Shown in pieces: positions 13,869 through 28,070 of a stretch of 64,000 nucleotides of DNA. Origin of the DNA: Octopus vulgaris. Lineage: Eukaryota. The notes beneath the pieces were generated by a model. That model was not told the DNA's origin. It was given only the letters and a program-made list of their open reading frames with translations, and searched no databases. Position numbers and translations under genes: made by a program. The stretch covers positions 4,836,001-4,900,000 of the forward strand of contig OX597822.1 in assembly GCA_951406725.2 (NCBI GenBank). The letters run 5' to 3'. Position 1 is the first letter of the stretch, and each line of letters starts with the position of its first letter.

Positions 13869-16254
13869 TAGATATAAGTATATATACCAAATCTACCAAA
13901 TCTGCTCATAAGGTTTTCGTTGACCCAGGACTATAGTAGAAAACACTTCCCCAAGGTGCCAAGCAGTAGGACTGAATCCAGAAGCATATTGGTCGGGAAG
14001 CAAACTTCTTACCAGACAATCATGCCAAAAGGCAATGTAAAATTGTAAGAGATTGTGAGACCCTACATTTGTAGTTGAGTATTTTAGCTGTGTTACTCAG
14101 AAGTAGTATTGCACACATATTTCTTTAATAGCTACATTGATTATGTTTTGGTGCTTTTGATGGAGTCCAGGTGGTGATGTTTTATTTGGAGGATATTTTG
14201 AGATCTTTGTTTATGGAAACAGAGAATGTAGTGGAATGTATGTAAGGAGTGAAAGTGCTATGATCTTCACAAGATTGTGGATGATTAAAAGATGTTAGAC
14301 ATAAGGAGGAAAGGCTAATAATTAGCAAGTTCAGAAGTGTTGATCTTTAGAATAAGATATATTATAGTACATACTATATCCTATATTGTTGTAGGAAATT
14401 GAATTTACTTTGATGTATGATGTTTGAGAATAATCAAAAAAGAAAAAAACACACCATTAGAACTGATAACCTTGCTCAGGTGTGCCAAATCCAATTAAAA
14501 GTTGGCTCCCAACTTTTAATGAATTTGTAATTCTAATAAAGTCCAGTAAGTTGGCATTAGTATTTCAAATAAAGAAAAAAAAAACAGTGGGCCTTCCTAA
14601 GTCACATGCTCATAAGGCTGGTTTCCTGGATTACTCACTTCTTGCCAGCTGAGTGGATTGAAGCAATGTGAAATGAAGTGTATTGCTTAAGAACACAATG
14701 CATCACATGGTCCAGGAATTGAAACCACAATCTTATGATCATGAGTGGAATACTCTAACCACTAAGCTACACACATCCACAGTACCAGTATTTACCAATA
14801 TTTAAATACACCATAACCATTCTCCAGCTTCAACCCAAGCTCTAACCAATTTAAAATGTTTTCCCTACTTTGGACCTCTTTGAATATTCATAGCAGAATG
14901 GCATATCATGAATTTGTGATTCAGTGAGATGAAATCTGTGAAGCCCATTCTCAGCATGACACCAGCAGTGCTGGACTTAGGACAAATGAGGACCTGTGCT
15001 AGTTAAGTTATGAGGCTCCTTATTTGGACAACCAGGTATACATGCTTGAGAAATTCATTGTAAAAAATATTTTGGGCAGGAAGATGGCTCCACCCACTGG
15101 TCAATGGGGATCTGTGCTGAAGTACACCTAAGCACAATGGTAAATCTGGCACCGGGCATCAGTTTTTATCTATCTGTCTTATTTGGTCTGCTATTGGCCT
15201 GCATATCTCAAACCATCTATCCATAGCACAACATCATTTTAACCTCTATTTTCCCATGTTTGCACAAGTCAAATGAGAGTATGTTGGGGCAGTTTCTAAC
15301 AATTGAATACTCTTCCTGTTTCCAAGTGAGATGATAATCTCCCAATCTATCAAACAACAAAAAGCCTGGACATATTTATGCAGAGGAATAGAAACAAATT
15401 CTGTGTGAATGAGTCTTTTACTTACAAAGGTTGTACAACATATGAAAACATGTGAAAGAAGCTTGGACTTGCTTTGCAGTTGACTGCAAACAAACAGCAT
15501 CAACTTCAAGTCCATTGTTTACAACCAACAAAAACGTGAAGAAACACATACGCACTCACATACACTCACACACTAACACACACACACACATGCACATTCA
15601 CATAAACATGCAAAGTCATGTGCACACTCACATGACACTCACATATAAATGCACAGTCACATGAAACTCATATACACATGATGGGTAAATGTTTCTCTCC
15701 ACTAATTCCACTCACAAAGCTTTTATCAGCCCAGGGTTATAGTAGAATATATTTGCCCAAGGTGCAATGCTGTGGAACTGAACCCCAAACCATGAGGCTG
15801 GGTAGCAAATTGCTGAACCATAGAGCCATACCTCTGCTTGGAGCTTTTGCATTTTCATCTAACAGAAGCTAATTATGAAACATGAAGTAAAATACATTGA
15901 TTGTTACAAATGAAGCTAATCGATTGTGATGGGGGTAAAGACTATGTAGTAATAACTAACTTATTTCCTAATTTTCATCAAAAACAGGAATCTACAAAAT
16001 CTTCTTGAAAAAAGTCTTTGACTGAAGTTTGGGTCAAAATACTCTCATCAAGTTTAATAAATAACGTGAGTGCTGTTTCCACTTTAAACAATTTATTACT
16101 GCAAGAGTGGCTTTTCATATGAAATAGCATACAAGAAAGAAATTCTGAAATTCAAACTCATTGCATGAGTTGAAGATTCAGTTTTAAATGTTTCCCTAGA
16201 TATTAAATTTTTTTTGCCAACAAGTGAGTTATCACTTACAAGATAAATAAATAA

Positions 16255-16532
16255 ATATATGTACATGTATACACAAACACAAAGATAACTATATATATCT
16301 ATATATATATACATACAAAGATAACTATATATATATATACACACACACAAAGATAGATATATATCTATATATATATACATACAAAAATAAATATATACAT
16401 ATACACACACACACAAAGATAAATATATATCTATATATATATATATACATACAAAAATAAATATATACATATACACACACACATACAAAGATAAATATAT
16501 ATATACACACAAAAATAAATATATATATATAT
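16255..16532. repeat. Compound minisatellite (~30 bp units of ACAAA(G/A)ATAA + (TA)n + (CA)n)
   Basis: Visible repeated units. Confidence 0.8.
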
Positions 16533-17029
16533 AATGCAGTAAACAGGCCGCTAAAAAATAATTCGAATACACATACAAAAGAAGTAGTCATCTCGTTAAA
16601 ACCTAAAACTTGAAGCAATATGTTAAAAAATAAATAAATTTAAGTTGTTTATTTAAGATATATATATTTTATTTTATCACTTTATGAGATAAATCTCTCT
16701 TCTTAAAATCAAGTAAAAATTTGGAAAATTATAAACTCCAAATCCTTGAAAAGAAGGATTTGACAGTTTTTTGTTTTTTTTCTTTGTTGTTATTTGAGAT
16801 TAAAATGTAAAAAAAAATGTTTTACAGCTAAAAATGTTTAGAGAAATACTGTTAGAGACAAAGATTTGAAAAGAGACAACAAAAGTGGTTAGAAAGACAG
16901 GGTTGTTTGTTTGTACAGCCCCAGCTAAACCTTTATTGATCAGATCTGTGATCAAAGATGATTCCATCTGTCACCACTCAATAGTTTTAGGGTTATCTAG
17001 GATACATTATTCAGTTTTATCATTTCATC

Positions 17030-17425
17030 TTTTATTTTGTCTCAGTCATTAGACTGTGCTGATGCTGAGGTACCACCATGAAGAAATGTTTGTCAGATGA
17101 ATCAACCCCAGTATATTTTTAAAACCTGGTACTTACTCTATTGATTTTTTTGCCAAACTGCTAAGTTACAGGGATGTAAACACAACAACACTGGTTGTCA
17201 AGTGGTGGTTAGAGGACAGACAGGCTTATATATGTGTGTGTGTGTGTGTGTGTGTGCATACACACGATAGGCTTCTTTCATTTTCTGTCTACCAAATCCA
17301 CTCAAAAGTCTTTGGTCAGCCTGAGGTTATAGTAGAAGACACTTAAAAAGGTGCTATGCAGTGGGAATGAGCCCAGAACCATGTCATTAGGAAGCAAGCT
17401 TCTTACTCCACACCCATACCTGTGC
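17030..17425 (-). mobile_element. tRNA-derived SINE, family A, decayed
   Basis: Similar to the reverse complement of 7005-7413. Confidence 0.7.
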
Positions 17426-20400
17426 TTTTTGTCCTTTTTCCCTTTAAAGATTGAAGAGGTTGATGGCTGCAATTTCTGGCAGGGTAAGTGACCATGTAGA
17501 GGCTTCCCTTGTTGGAAGATAAAAGGTGGAGAGTGCTGAGAGATGAATGAACGAAAGGAAATATTTAGTAAATTATCTCTTTATATTAGTAACGAAGGTA
17601 TATGTTTATCCACATTTAAATGTTGCTCAACACCCCTTCAAGAGAGACATTGCTCAGATCTACAAAAAGCAATGTATATTTTTGTTTATATACCAACATT
17701 ACTAGCATTTCACTCTTCTACTGACAACCTCCAGGCAAAATACAAAGACATGGTATAGTATTATTTATGTACAAATAGCTTAGCTATTATGTATAAATTT
17801 AGACATTTGCTGGTAAGTTATTAACAAAAAATATTTTCTTTTTGCTTATGGATGGATGATTTATTGAGCACATACTTTGTGCTCAATAAATATCCTTGAA
17901 ATGAATAAGGTAAATTAATTTTCAGCAAGGATATATTGAAGCAAGAGTAATAATGTACTTCATCAAGAAAGCAGAGCATTAATGGTACTAAAGTAGTGTT
18001 ATCACTGCTTTGGAATCACTACATCTTTGACTTTATTCAATGTACTTTAATGTTTAATTTACCTAAATTGAAAGGCACACACACACACACACACACTCAT
18101 GATGAAAGTTATTTGATGGACGTTTCCATTGGAATAAATTATATAATCAATTTCGTGATTTGTGTTGATTCAGAAACCAATTTAGGAGATTATACTGATA
18201 AAGAAAAAAATATATGTTAAAAAGGAAAAAAAATCTGTACCAGAAAACCTTAAAATGAAAATCAGTCATAAACTGATTGGTGCTTCTTCAATCAGAACCA
18301 ATTTATAATGATTTCAGCCATAGGGTTGATGTTCAAACTACAGTATGTGCACTACAGTGAACTAAAAAGAATCAGAACCTAGATTTGTAAGATAAAAAAG
18401 AATAAAAAAATGTCCATACAATTCCTGAAACAAGATTTGAGATGATTATTTCACCATTTAATAAGCTAATGCTTCCCTAACTCCTATGGTCAGACCTTCA
18501 AAAGGATAGTGAAGTAGTTAATAATAGTATATTAGAGTTGAAGAAAATGATAGACATAAAAAAAAATGTAAAACTAAATTGATGTAAGATTTACATGCAG
18601 TCAAAGAGAGTTTAAGACTAATAAGGTAATTTGCCAAAATTACAGAGAGCTTGGAGAATTGATCCTCAAAAATTGCCTAATCCACAGTGTTGAAGAATAA
18701 AAGAATCAAAGACTTGTACTATTGTGGATCAAGAGAAATAATTATAACCTCAAGATTAAATAATGATAATATTAATAAACCATAAAGAAAAAGAAATAAA
18801 ATATGAAAAAATCTTTGAAATTCTTTTTTCTTTATAATGTTCTATTTAAACAATATCTATTTCCCCAGGAGATAAATGTACGGGGGATGAGGGTAAAGAA
18901 AATCCTGTGTGTGCATGTGTATAAGTGTGAATTTTGTTTCAGAGGAAGCCATACTACTTTACATCTTGTGAGGAAAAGCAAATAATTCATGGGCCATACA
19001 TGCTGTTGTTTAGTACCAGGTAAGACCTGGTCAAGTAGACTGATCATCAAGTATATTTCTTTCAGATACAATGTATCTATGACTATAATAGGCAACATTG
19101 TTCTTTCTTCAAGGTAGTTTGAGAGAAATTTGGCTACTATTTCTGTCAGGTTGCATGGCTGCACTGAGATGCTTTCAAAGACTTTGCAGGCAAAACTTAA
19201 TTTTTGAAAGGCAGATGATGATGATGCTGCCACCGATGCCACTGTTTTAATGTCTACATTTCTATGTTTACATGGGTCAGCTTTGTTGCAGTAGATAATA
19301 CAGCAAAAACTGTTAAACCATTACATGTCAAGTGTTAACACTCACTAAAGAATGGGCATATGGATTTACTTGTCCTATTGTATATATTCCCATCAGACCT
19401 GCCTTTATTTTGGCTATTTTTCTCATCTCCTTTAGGATGCAGTTGAACATTGTTGATTGACAGAGTAAAAACTGAATTCAGCTTTCTCTTTTTTTTTCCA
19501 GCATGAAGCATAAATTGTTAAGGAAAATTGACAATGTCTTAGCCAAATACTATATAAATATTGCAATTCATAAATCAACTTGGTTCTTGTAAAAAAAAAT
19601 ATGATATATAAGGTGTGCTGGAGGTAGGGTGAACAGAATATAAGAAAGTCAAAGTAAGACATTTTGATTTCTTTGGTATAAGAAATTCTTTAACTATCAC
19701 TTTACCCTTCCCACTCACCATCTTCTATCCTTTGCATACCCTATATGATGTTTTCTAAGAGCTACCTGACACCTAATTCTAGGTGCTAGGGCTATGACAT
19801 CATATTCACCTATATACATTAATCCTTTAGAAACCAACCGGATTCAGGATGCCCTTGGTTCTACAGTTCGGATATCTTAAAAATAAGAGATCTAAATTAA
19901 AACTTTGCAATTAAAATTTCGTTTAAGTTATTTTACTACATTAAACATTATTTTCAAAATCAATTGAAAAGAATTAAGTTTATTTCTTTAAAAATTTGGT
20001 AACAAAAGTTTTAAGCTGTCTCCCAAAGTTACATACTTAACTGTAGTTGATAAAGGTATTATATAAGTAGTAATAGTTTCATTTCCCCTCGTATGAATCA
20101 ATATGTTCCATTCTATGTGGAGGCACGTAGTCTAATAGTTCATGTTTGGCTTATGATCAAGGTTGAAGGTTCGATCCTGAACTGACTGATGTCCTGTGTC
20201 TAGAAGCAAAGCATATAATTTTATATTGGTCAAGTCTACTTAGCAGAAAAGGAGTACCAGCCTGGAGTTCAAGCAATCTTCTGTCTCCTCCAGCTGTTCC
20301 TTTCTCGATGTTCTGCAGGGTCAAGGGTCAGAGAGCTCAGAGAGTTTCTATTTATGCCCACTTAAACATGAATAGTGCTTCTGTTGCTAATATATATATA

Positions 20401-22189
20401 TTTTTAGAGAACTCCTATGTTTGCTCACAACCACATATGCATTTAAAGCAATCAACAAAAGTGTGGTGTAAGCTACCAGATCACACTTGCTTGTGAGTAA
20501 TAGTTAAGCTCTTTTTTTATATGTTATATATCCCAATCTACACCCTGACTTGCCAATAGCAACAGAAAATCTACTGAACAAGCTCGGTGTCAGTAACCAT
20601 TATATCCTGCAGATGCATGAGCCTGTTGACTTGGAAATAATTCAGTTTGAAACTGTGGAGAGAGAGTGAGAAATACAACATTCATTCAGTTGTTATTTAC
20701 GTGTGTCATATAACAAATAAACAAGTAACTAAATCAAGTACTCCAGTATGGCCATAGTCAGTTGACTGAAACTTGCAAGACAGTGAAACAGCAATAGCAA
20801 ATTTAGTATTTCTTCATATTCCAGTATGGTAAATAAACTATTCCATGTCATTATTAACTGCAATCTATATTTGTCTGTTGGACATAATGTAACATACTGG
20901 CCTTGTTAGAGATATTACTGCAGGAAAATACACACAGAGTCAATGAAATGTCATATTGAGAATTTCTGACATTTCCACTGTCTCCTTTGTATTTATCTGT
21001 TTATTTACTCTTTTTTTCTTCTTCTTTTTATTCATTTTACTAATTACATCGTTGCTTTCTGTGTAAACCAATACTGACGAGACCTAGTGGTGACTGAAGT
21101 CAATAAATTTGCCAGGACGATTTGTCATGCACGCTCTGAAGACATATATTGCTTCAAAATTACAGAACAAATTGCTTTTCCTCTTAACTGAGCAATCAAG
21201 TAATTATTGCTACATAAGATGAGAGATATATTAATTAATAAGCAAAGGAAATACTCTAAAGTAAAAAAAAAAAAGGAAAAGAAAAATACAAGAAAAAGAA
21301 ATGAAAAACAAGCAGAAAAAGATGGGTAACTTAACAGAAATGTTATTAAAGAGGAATGAAAAGACAGATCTGACGTAATATTAGAGTAATACTGAAATTG
21401 GTTGGTTGCATCAGAACGTGAAGAACTAAAAGGAATAAGAGCTGACAACCAATTGTTATTAGAAGCTATCAATACATATGTATAACACGCTTACACGCAT
21501 AGACACAGAAAGACATACATAGACGCACACGTGCATGCATGCACATACACACACATCACAAGAGAAGGGAAAGAAACAGCATGTTCTTTCTTTCTTTCAG
21601 AGAGGTCTGTCTATTTGGTAGATCTTAGGAAGTCGATATTGGATATTTTAATTTTATGCTTCTCTTATTTACTTCTGCCGTTCTGTTATTAGAATTAAGT
21701 TTCATGATTGTGCAGTTATTTTTAGAGGTGGTATGATGTTGGTGGTAGTGGTGAGCTTGCAAGTGGTATTGGCATCGGTGGAGTGGCACTGGTGGTAATT
21801 GTGGTATTGGTGGGTGAGTGGTGCTGGTGACAACAAGGTGGGTGAGTGGTGTTGGTGGCAGCAATGGTAGTGAATGATGTTATGAGATGTAGCTATCAAT
21901 AGACACATGCTTGTACTGGTTGTGTTATTATTAAATTTACAGAGAGTCTGTGATTGATTACTTCGAAAGATGGGTATAAATAACGTTTTACAGTTTATCG
22001 TTTGAGATCTTACACGTCTAAGTTCAAATTTCACTAAAATCAGCAACAGTTTACAAGTACAAACCAGTCCTGTATTGGTATCAAATCAAATGTACTTTGT
22101 TATTTTATGAATAAAAAAACCAAAAAACAACAAAAAAAGAAGTAACTTGTGACTAAAGCAATAATAATAATTCTTTCTCATTATTAGTA

Positions 22190-22390
22190 AGGTGGAGAGC
22201 TGGCAGAATTGTTAGCATGCTTGGCATTTCATCAGTCTTTATGTTCTGAGTTCAAATTCCACTGAGGTTAACTTTGTCTTTCAACCTTTCGGAGGTTGAT
22301 AAAAAATGTACCAGTTGAGCACTGAGGTTGATGACTTTGGCTTAGCCCCCTCCTCCAAAATTGCTGGTCTTGTGCCAAAATATGTAACCA
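22190..22390 (+). mobile_element. tRNA-derived SINE, family B, decayed
   Basis: Similar to 33683-33911 (GAGCTGGCAGAA...GAGTTCAAATTCC). Confidence 0.7.
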
Positions 22391-22415
22391 TTATTAGTAA
22401 ACTATTTTATAGTAG

Positions 22416-23240
22416 GGATCCTTGTGGTTTTTGTCTCTGTTTTGTTCCAATTGTTTTCAAATTTGGTATATGGGTTAAGTTTTGTATACTAATTATGAAA
22501 ATGAAATTCATTTTTTTCCTATAAATCCATAATTAAAAAGTTATTAGTCTTTAAAATTTTCAAAATTTGGGTATTTTAGCCAATCAGAAGCAAGTATTTT
22601 ACACATCCTCGTGGTGAAAAACTGTTTCCATCATAACCAAAGATGCTGCACATGCGCACAAGGAGGAGAAAGAGATATGAGAAAGATAATCTACTATAAT
22701 AATACTTATGTTTTTCTCTGTCACAACATAGGAATGAAAAAGGAAGGAAAGGGTGATGACAAACTGGTAGTGGGAGAGTTTCAGCTCTGTGTGAGTATAT
22801 GTAAGTAAAAGGGAAGTATGAGTGGTTGTGTGTGTGTGTGACGGTCAGTTTTTTAAACTAATAAATGTTTGTTTTAAACAATGCTTTAACTGTTATTTCT
22901 AGCAACTCTTGTTGGTTTGTTTGTTTGTAGCTTTTATACAGCTAATTTGCTTGTGAATGTTTTAATATTAACTTCATTCGTGTATATTTTAATGTTTTGA
23001 CTGTTATTTCTAGTAATGTTTTGACATGCTGATGCACAACTTGCCTGATGATGGAAGAGGCAGTAAATGTGCTGTTTTCTGATTGGCTGAAAATTATCAA
23101 ACTTTGAACACCTGTAACATTTTTGCAAAATTTCTCTGGAATAAATGAATAACAAATTTGAATTCAGCGTCAAAAATTAAATCTATATGATACATTAAGA
23201 CATTTTTTTAAAGATAATTCTAAACACTGACAAAAGATCC
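22416..23240. mobile_element. Non-autonomous TIR element with 8 bp TSD (Merlin-like)
   Basis: Direct repeat TATAGTAG at 22408-22415 and 23241-23248; termini GGATCCTTG ... CAAAAGATCC; internal inverted blocks AGCCAATCAGAA / TTCTGATTGGCT. Confidence 0.65.
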
Positions 23241-23299
23241 TATAGTAGTGACTAGGAGTCAGTAGCCTAACACTTAAAGTTCTCCTGCCTTTCTCTCAG

Positions 23300-24330
23300 A
23301 GTCAGATCTACCTAAAAAGGGAACACTATTCACATATTTGGACATGTTCTTCCTAATAAATACTGTCCACTCTTGATAACAGAATCAAATTAGGCAGGTG
23401 ATGTCACTTCAACTGCTTTACCATCAATAGAATGTTTCAAGTCTGACTTTTTTCTATTATTATTTCCATGGAAAGTGCTTAGATAAGCTTCATTCCCTGG
23501 TCCCATTAGTTTAGGAATTTTCCCATCGGAACTCAGTTTGCTAAATTTAGCAAAGTGCATCTCTACTGCTCCCTGGATGCTTTATGAACATGTTGCAAGG
23601 TTGATACACAAAGCATCATTTTCTTTAGCACAGTTGAATTGTGGAATAAACTCACATTCTATTATTTTTCTGATGAATATGACCTTGATCTCATTAAATT
23701 TATGGTTAACGAGTACTTTGCTTAATGTGGGTTCCCTTCATTTTCATATTTATATTGTATTTTTTGATAACCATTTTATTTGCTCCTTTATTGTAATCTC
23801 ATTTATTTTTAATGTCATTAGTTATTTTGTCAGTTTTTTTATCACTATCTCATCCTTTTGCATCTAAATCTTTTATCAATTATTTTACTGCCATCTTTTA
23901 TTTGTTATTTGGAGTTGTATAGAGTTTTCATGGCATTAATCTACTCTCCAGCCTTTTAATAACCCTCTGCCTAGAAGGTGTCTGTGGCCCATGCTTGGGG
24001 TGGTTTCATGTACAGAAAAAAGATCTGCATCTAGAACAGCCTTTATCTGTAGACTGAACTGGTTCCAGCTAACCCTTGAACAGAGTGTATTTGATACATA
24101 ATTGTCCTTTTCGAACAGTCTTTATCCATACCTTCAATAGTTTCTTTATCTTTTTTTTATTTGTAGCCCAAAATATCTTTAGCTGTAGCTGTAACACTTG
24201 GTATCTGCAGCTGTGGCTTTCCTCTATAGCTAAAATGGCTTATCTGTATCTTGAACAAAGTCTGAAGCTAGAATAGTCTGTGTACATAGCCAGAATAGTT
24301 TGTACCTATATTTTGAATAATCTTCATCAG
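23300..24330 (-). mobile_element. Decayed LINE coding fragment, probably the pre-RT region of an R4/Dong-like element
   Basis: Minus-strand coding-like, K/R-rich translation with stops (e.g. QTPSRQRVIKRLESRL). Clade assignment is tentative. Confidence 0.4.
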
Positions 24331-24648
24331 CAGGGTGAATATTCTTTATCACAAGCACAAACAGAACACAGCAGAGATATATTTTTAGGGTTGATTTCTC
24401 ATTAGCTCCCTTTAAATTAATACATTTTGAAAAGCATCCAAGTCACACCTTTCAATATAAAAACAAAAAAAGTGTATTAACTATAAATAATCGAAAATCA
24501 TTTAACAATATTTCTTAAAATAAAAATATAACTTATCTTGTCAAAGGATTTTCATTAACTATATATTCTTCATATAGTTATTTGATAATTAATATAAGTT
24601 AAGATAAGTACATTTATTCTATTATTATTTTTTATTATTTATTATCTT

Positions 24649-24764
24649 AGACCTGATGAGTGATTATATTTTTAAATAGAATTTTAATTCGATTTAATTT
24701 TGAATCCAATTGATTTTATTATTATCAACTATTTGAAAATATAGCCATGAAACGTGCATAGTCT
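24649..24764 (+). ncRNA. Type I hammerhead ribozyme motif with long stem II
   Basis: AGAC-CTGATGA-[GTGATTATATTTTTAAATAG...CTATTTGAAAATATAGCCAT, ~20 bp stem]-GAAA-CGTGCA-TA-GTCT. Confidence 0.7.
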
Positions 24765-25017
24765 TTTTAATACTATTTACTATTTATTGTAGTTTATTGA
24801 TTTTAAATTAGGTTTTTTATAGCATATGTTTTCTATATGGTGTGAATAACATCTTTCTTTATTGAATTGTTTAATAGTGGTTTTTCTCTAAATTATATAC
24901 ATATATTATATATTGTGAAATTTGATTTAAAATTGTTAAATCGAATTTTTCCCTGTAAGTTTTGGAATTATATTCCCTACTATTATTATTATATATGTAT
25001 GTATATATATATATATA

Positions 25018-25269
25018 TTGGGTTGGTGCATAATTATTGCAGCTTTTTTTTCAACAAATTTTATTCAACAAAAATAATAACAACATGTAACAAAAACATC
25101 TTTAAGTGATTATTCCAGAGCATATTCACCATCTACTTCATTTACTGCTTCCCATTTGCTTGGCAGACAGTCAGAGCATCGTTCAAAGATGTTTATATCA
25201 AATATTGTTATTGCTTTTGCTGCAGAAAATTTGTTGAAAAAAAGCCACAATAATTCTGCACCAACCCAA
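25018..25269 (-). mobile_element. Internally deleted mariner (MITE-like)
   Basis: TA-TTGGGTTGGTGCATAATTATTG ... CAATAATTCTGCACCAACCCAA-TA; retains a transposase C-terminus (LPSKWEAVNEVDGEY). Confidence 0.85.
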
Positions 25270-25320
25270 TAAATACATACATACATACATATGAAATGTT
25301 TATATTTTATATATATATAA

Positions 25321-25353
<33 letters not shown>

Positions 25354-25355
25354 TG

Positions 25356-25391
<36 letters not shown>

Positions 25392-25897
25392 CATTTATGT
25401 GTGTATGTGTTTGTTTCATATATATATATCAACTGATAGACTTAACTGAATTTCAGTTAAAAGATGGAAATCTCTCCTTGCTGTTTTGGACAATATCGAG
25501 TAAACACAGAAGACTTTAAAAAACACTCCCTAGTTGTGAGTTTATTTAGAGTGTGTGGAGCAAAATGTCAGGAGAGGCCTGAAGTGATATGAAATATTTA
25601 GACTTCCCAACATGAAAAGAGATAGTAGGAGAGAAACACAACAATAATTCTTTGCATAAAATAAATTATTTAAACCACATCCAAGCAGCAGACCATTCAG
25701 GCAACACTTGCTTTAGTGTTGACAGAGACTAACAAAAATATTCCTTTTCTTTTGCTTTCTTTTTTCATTCATTTATTTATTCATAGTTTTGATGTTTTTT
25801 AAGTTCTTCAAAGTTCTTTAACAATTTGGTATCTTCTAGATGGAATTAATATATTTTTTTTATATCCATTTGCTTTTTGTTGCCATTATTTTAAACA

Positions 25898-25929
<32 letters not shown>

Positions 25930-27099
25930 CATATTATTCTTCAGTGTGGCAGTTGCAACAACAGTTTTTTTGTGTAGTTTATTTGTTTACTTGAATAGAA
26001 GATAAAGAAAAGAAAGAAAAGAAACAAAAAGAAATGGAAAAAAGAAAAACACATTGCCCTGAACAGAATACTAATATAGCTAATACTAGCCATTCAGATG
26101 GTGGCTGTTACAAATGGAAAGGCTCAGATTAGCTACGAATTTCATAAATCTTGCCAAAAACTTATGACAACAGTTACATTGATTTAAAAAAATACAGAAA
26201 ATATATAAAAAAGAAAAATATAACTACACTGTTTATAATGAAGAGAAGAAAAGTACTCAACACAAAGTGCTGGATATAATTAAATTTGATTATTTGATTC
26301 CTTATGTTGGTTATTGAAATTCCATGATTTTGTGTAAGAGACAGAGAGAGAGAGAGAGACCCTTAAAACATTCAAGACAGTACTACGACCTCACTTTTTT
26401 ATTATCCAGTCCAGATTTTGTGAGTCATATACTAAGATACACAAGGTAAAGTGGTAATTCACACAACTGTACAAATTCTTATTAAGAAAGATTTTTTTTC
26501 AGGAAGGGAAGTAACTCTACTTCATTTAATAAAGGTAATTCATATCTGAAACCAAATCATGGCTCAAATTTCTTGCTACACAAGTTCACAATTTTAAAAC
26601 AGGCACTGGAATATGCTTGTATTTCTTTGTATGAAAGCACAAACATTTCTTCTTTTATTTTCAGCACACAGCCAAGTCTAGTATGGGTCTTAAGTTTCTT
26701 GATAGAGTTTGGGTGAGGGTAGCTATGGCAGCCGTTGTAAGCCTTTGCAACAATATTTCATTTCATTGTAAGACTGCATTCACCACTAGCTTTTAGAAAC
26801 CAAGAAGATTTTAAAATGTAGCATTCCTCTTACTTCTGGATCTAAACAAATAGGTATGCTGTGTTTATCTAGCTTTAAAAATGTTCTCAGTTAACCTGAT
26901 ATACATCTTTACCATGTACATACATGTACATACAGCTTTTTATTTTATATACACACACAATGTTTCTTGTGAGTGAATTGGGTAGATGGAGACTGAAAGA
27001 AGTCTGTATTTATACATACACACACATACATATATATCATCAGCACTGTCATAATCATTAACATCTGCTTGCCATGCTGGCATGGATGGATGTATGTAT

Positions 27100-28070
27100 A
27101 TAGTTCAAACTTATAGAAAAACAAAGACGAAGACAGGTGTATAAACAACAAGCCAGTGTATGAGTTTCACACTCTTCGACAGAAAGGAATAAGAGGAAAT
27201 AAATGGAGAGAGAATGAAAAACATGTTGTGTTCAGTGGTCCAACATGGCAAATGATTGGAAAAAAAAGAGGTTGAATGAAAGGAAGACAATAATAAAGAG
27301 AGGTTGAATGAAAGGGAAATAATTCATGGTGATCTCAAGGGGAGGTGCATTTGCATGTGTACGTATGTGAGAATAGTGTGTGTGTAGCAGTTGATGTGTG
27401 CTTTTCACGTGGTGTGTGTCACTGTGACCAAATGGTGTGCATGTGTATAGTGTATGTATGCGAGCAAAAGTTATCTTTGCCTATGTGTGTTGCATGTTGT
27501 GTGTATGTATATGTGTATATATTGTCTGTGTTCAGGTATTATGTGCTTGTGTAGGGGTGGGAGTCTGCATGATGGTATGTGGTTGTGTACTGAGTTACAA
27601 ATGGATGTAAACAAATATTAATTCCATTTAGAAGATACCAAATTGTTAAAGAACTTTGAAGAACTTAAAAACAGTGTGTGTGGCTGCTCATATAGTGGTA
27701 TGTGTGATGACACTATTGAAGATTGTGTGTGTGTGTGGCTGATGGTGTGTTGTGTGGCTGCTGAGAAGTGTGTGTGGAGTAGGAAGGTGTTGTGGGTGTG
27801 TGTTATGGTGTGTGAAGTAAGTGATGAGTTGAACAGTGTGTATGGGTGTATGTATAATGATGCATGTTGTTGAGGTGGGTATATGCAGGTGTGTAGGTGG
27901 AGGATGTGGAAAGTTAGTGGGAATCCGTTGGGATTGGTGTTGTATAAAGAGAGGCAGTGAGGCAGGTGTCAGATGAAGAGAGAAGGTAAGTTGAGCCCAT
28001 GTGGTGCAAAAGAATGAAGAAAGAAGATCAAATCCTGTTCATGGCAAAGGTGGGAATCTGGATGGCTCTC
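27100..28070 (-). mobile_element. 3' end of an old Penelope-like element (GIY-YIG C-terminus + CA-rich 3' UTR)
   Basis: Peptide HEQDLIFFLHSFAPHGLN* matches the E..LIF.L....P.GLN C-terminus of PLE GIY-YIG endonucleases; abuts (TA)n. Confidence 0.65.

Noticed and set aside
21074-21101. CTGACGA-GACC(TAGT)GGT hammerhead-like start
   Set aside because: No GAAA box or closing stems follow.
26664-26711. Plus-strand 48 nt micro-exon candidate (tttcag|...TGG|gtgagg)
   Set aside because: Isolated, no partner exon or recognisable peptide; such sites arise often in AT-rich DNA.
27160-27195. Minus-strand TCGAAGA-GTGT-GAAA in the old PLE 3' UTR
   Set aside because: The position fits a former ribozyme, but the stems are missing; too degraded to call.
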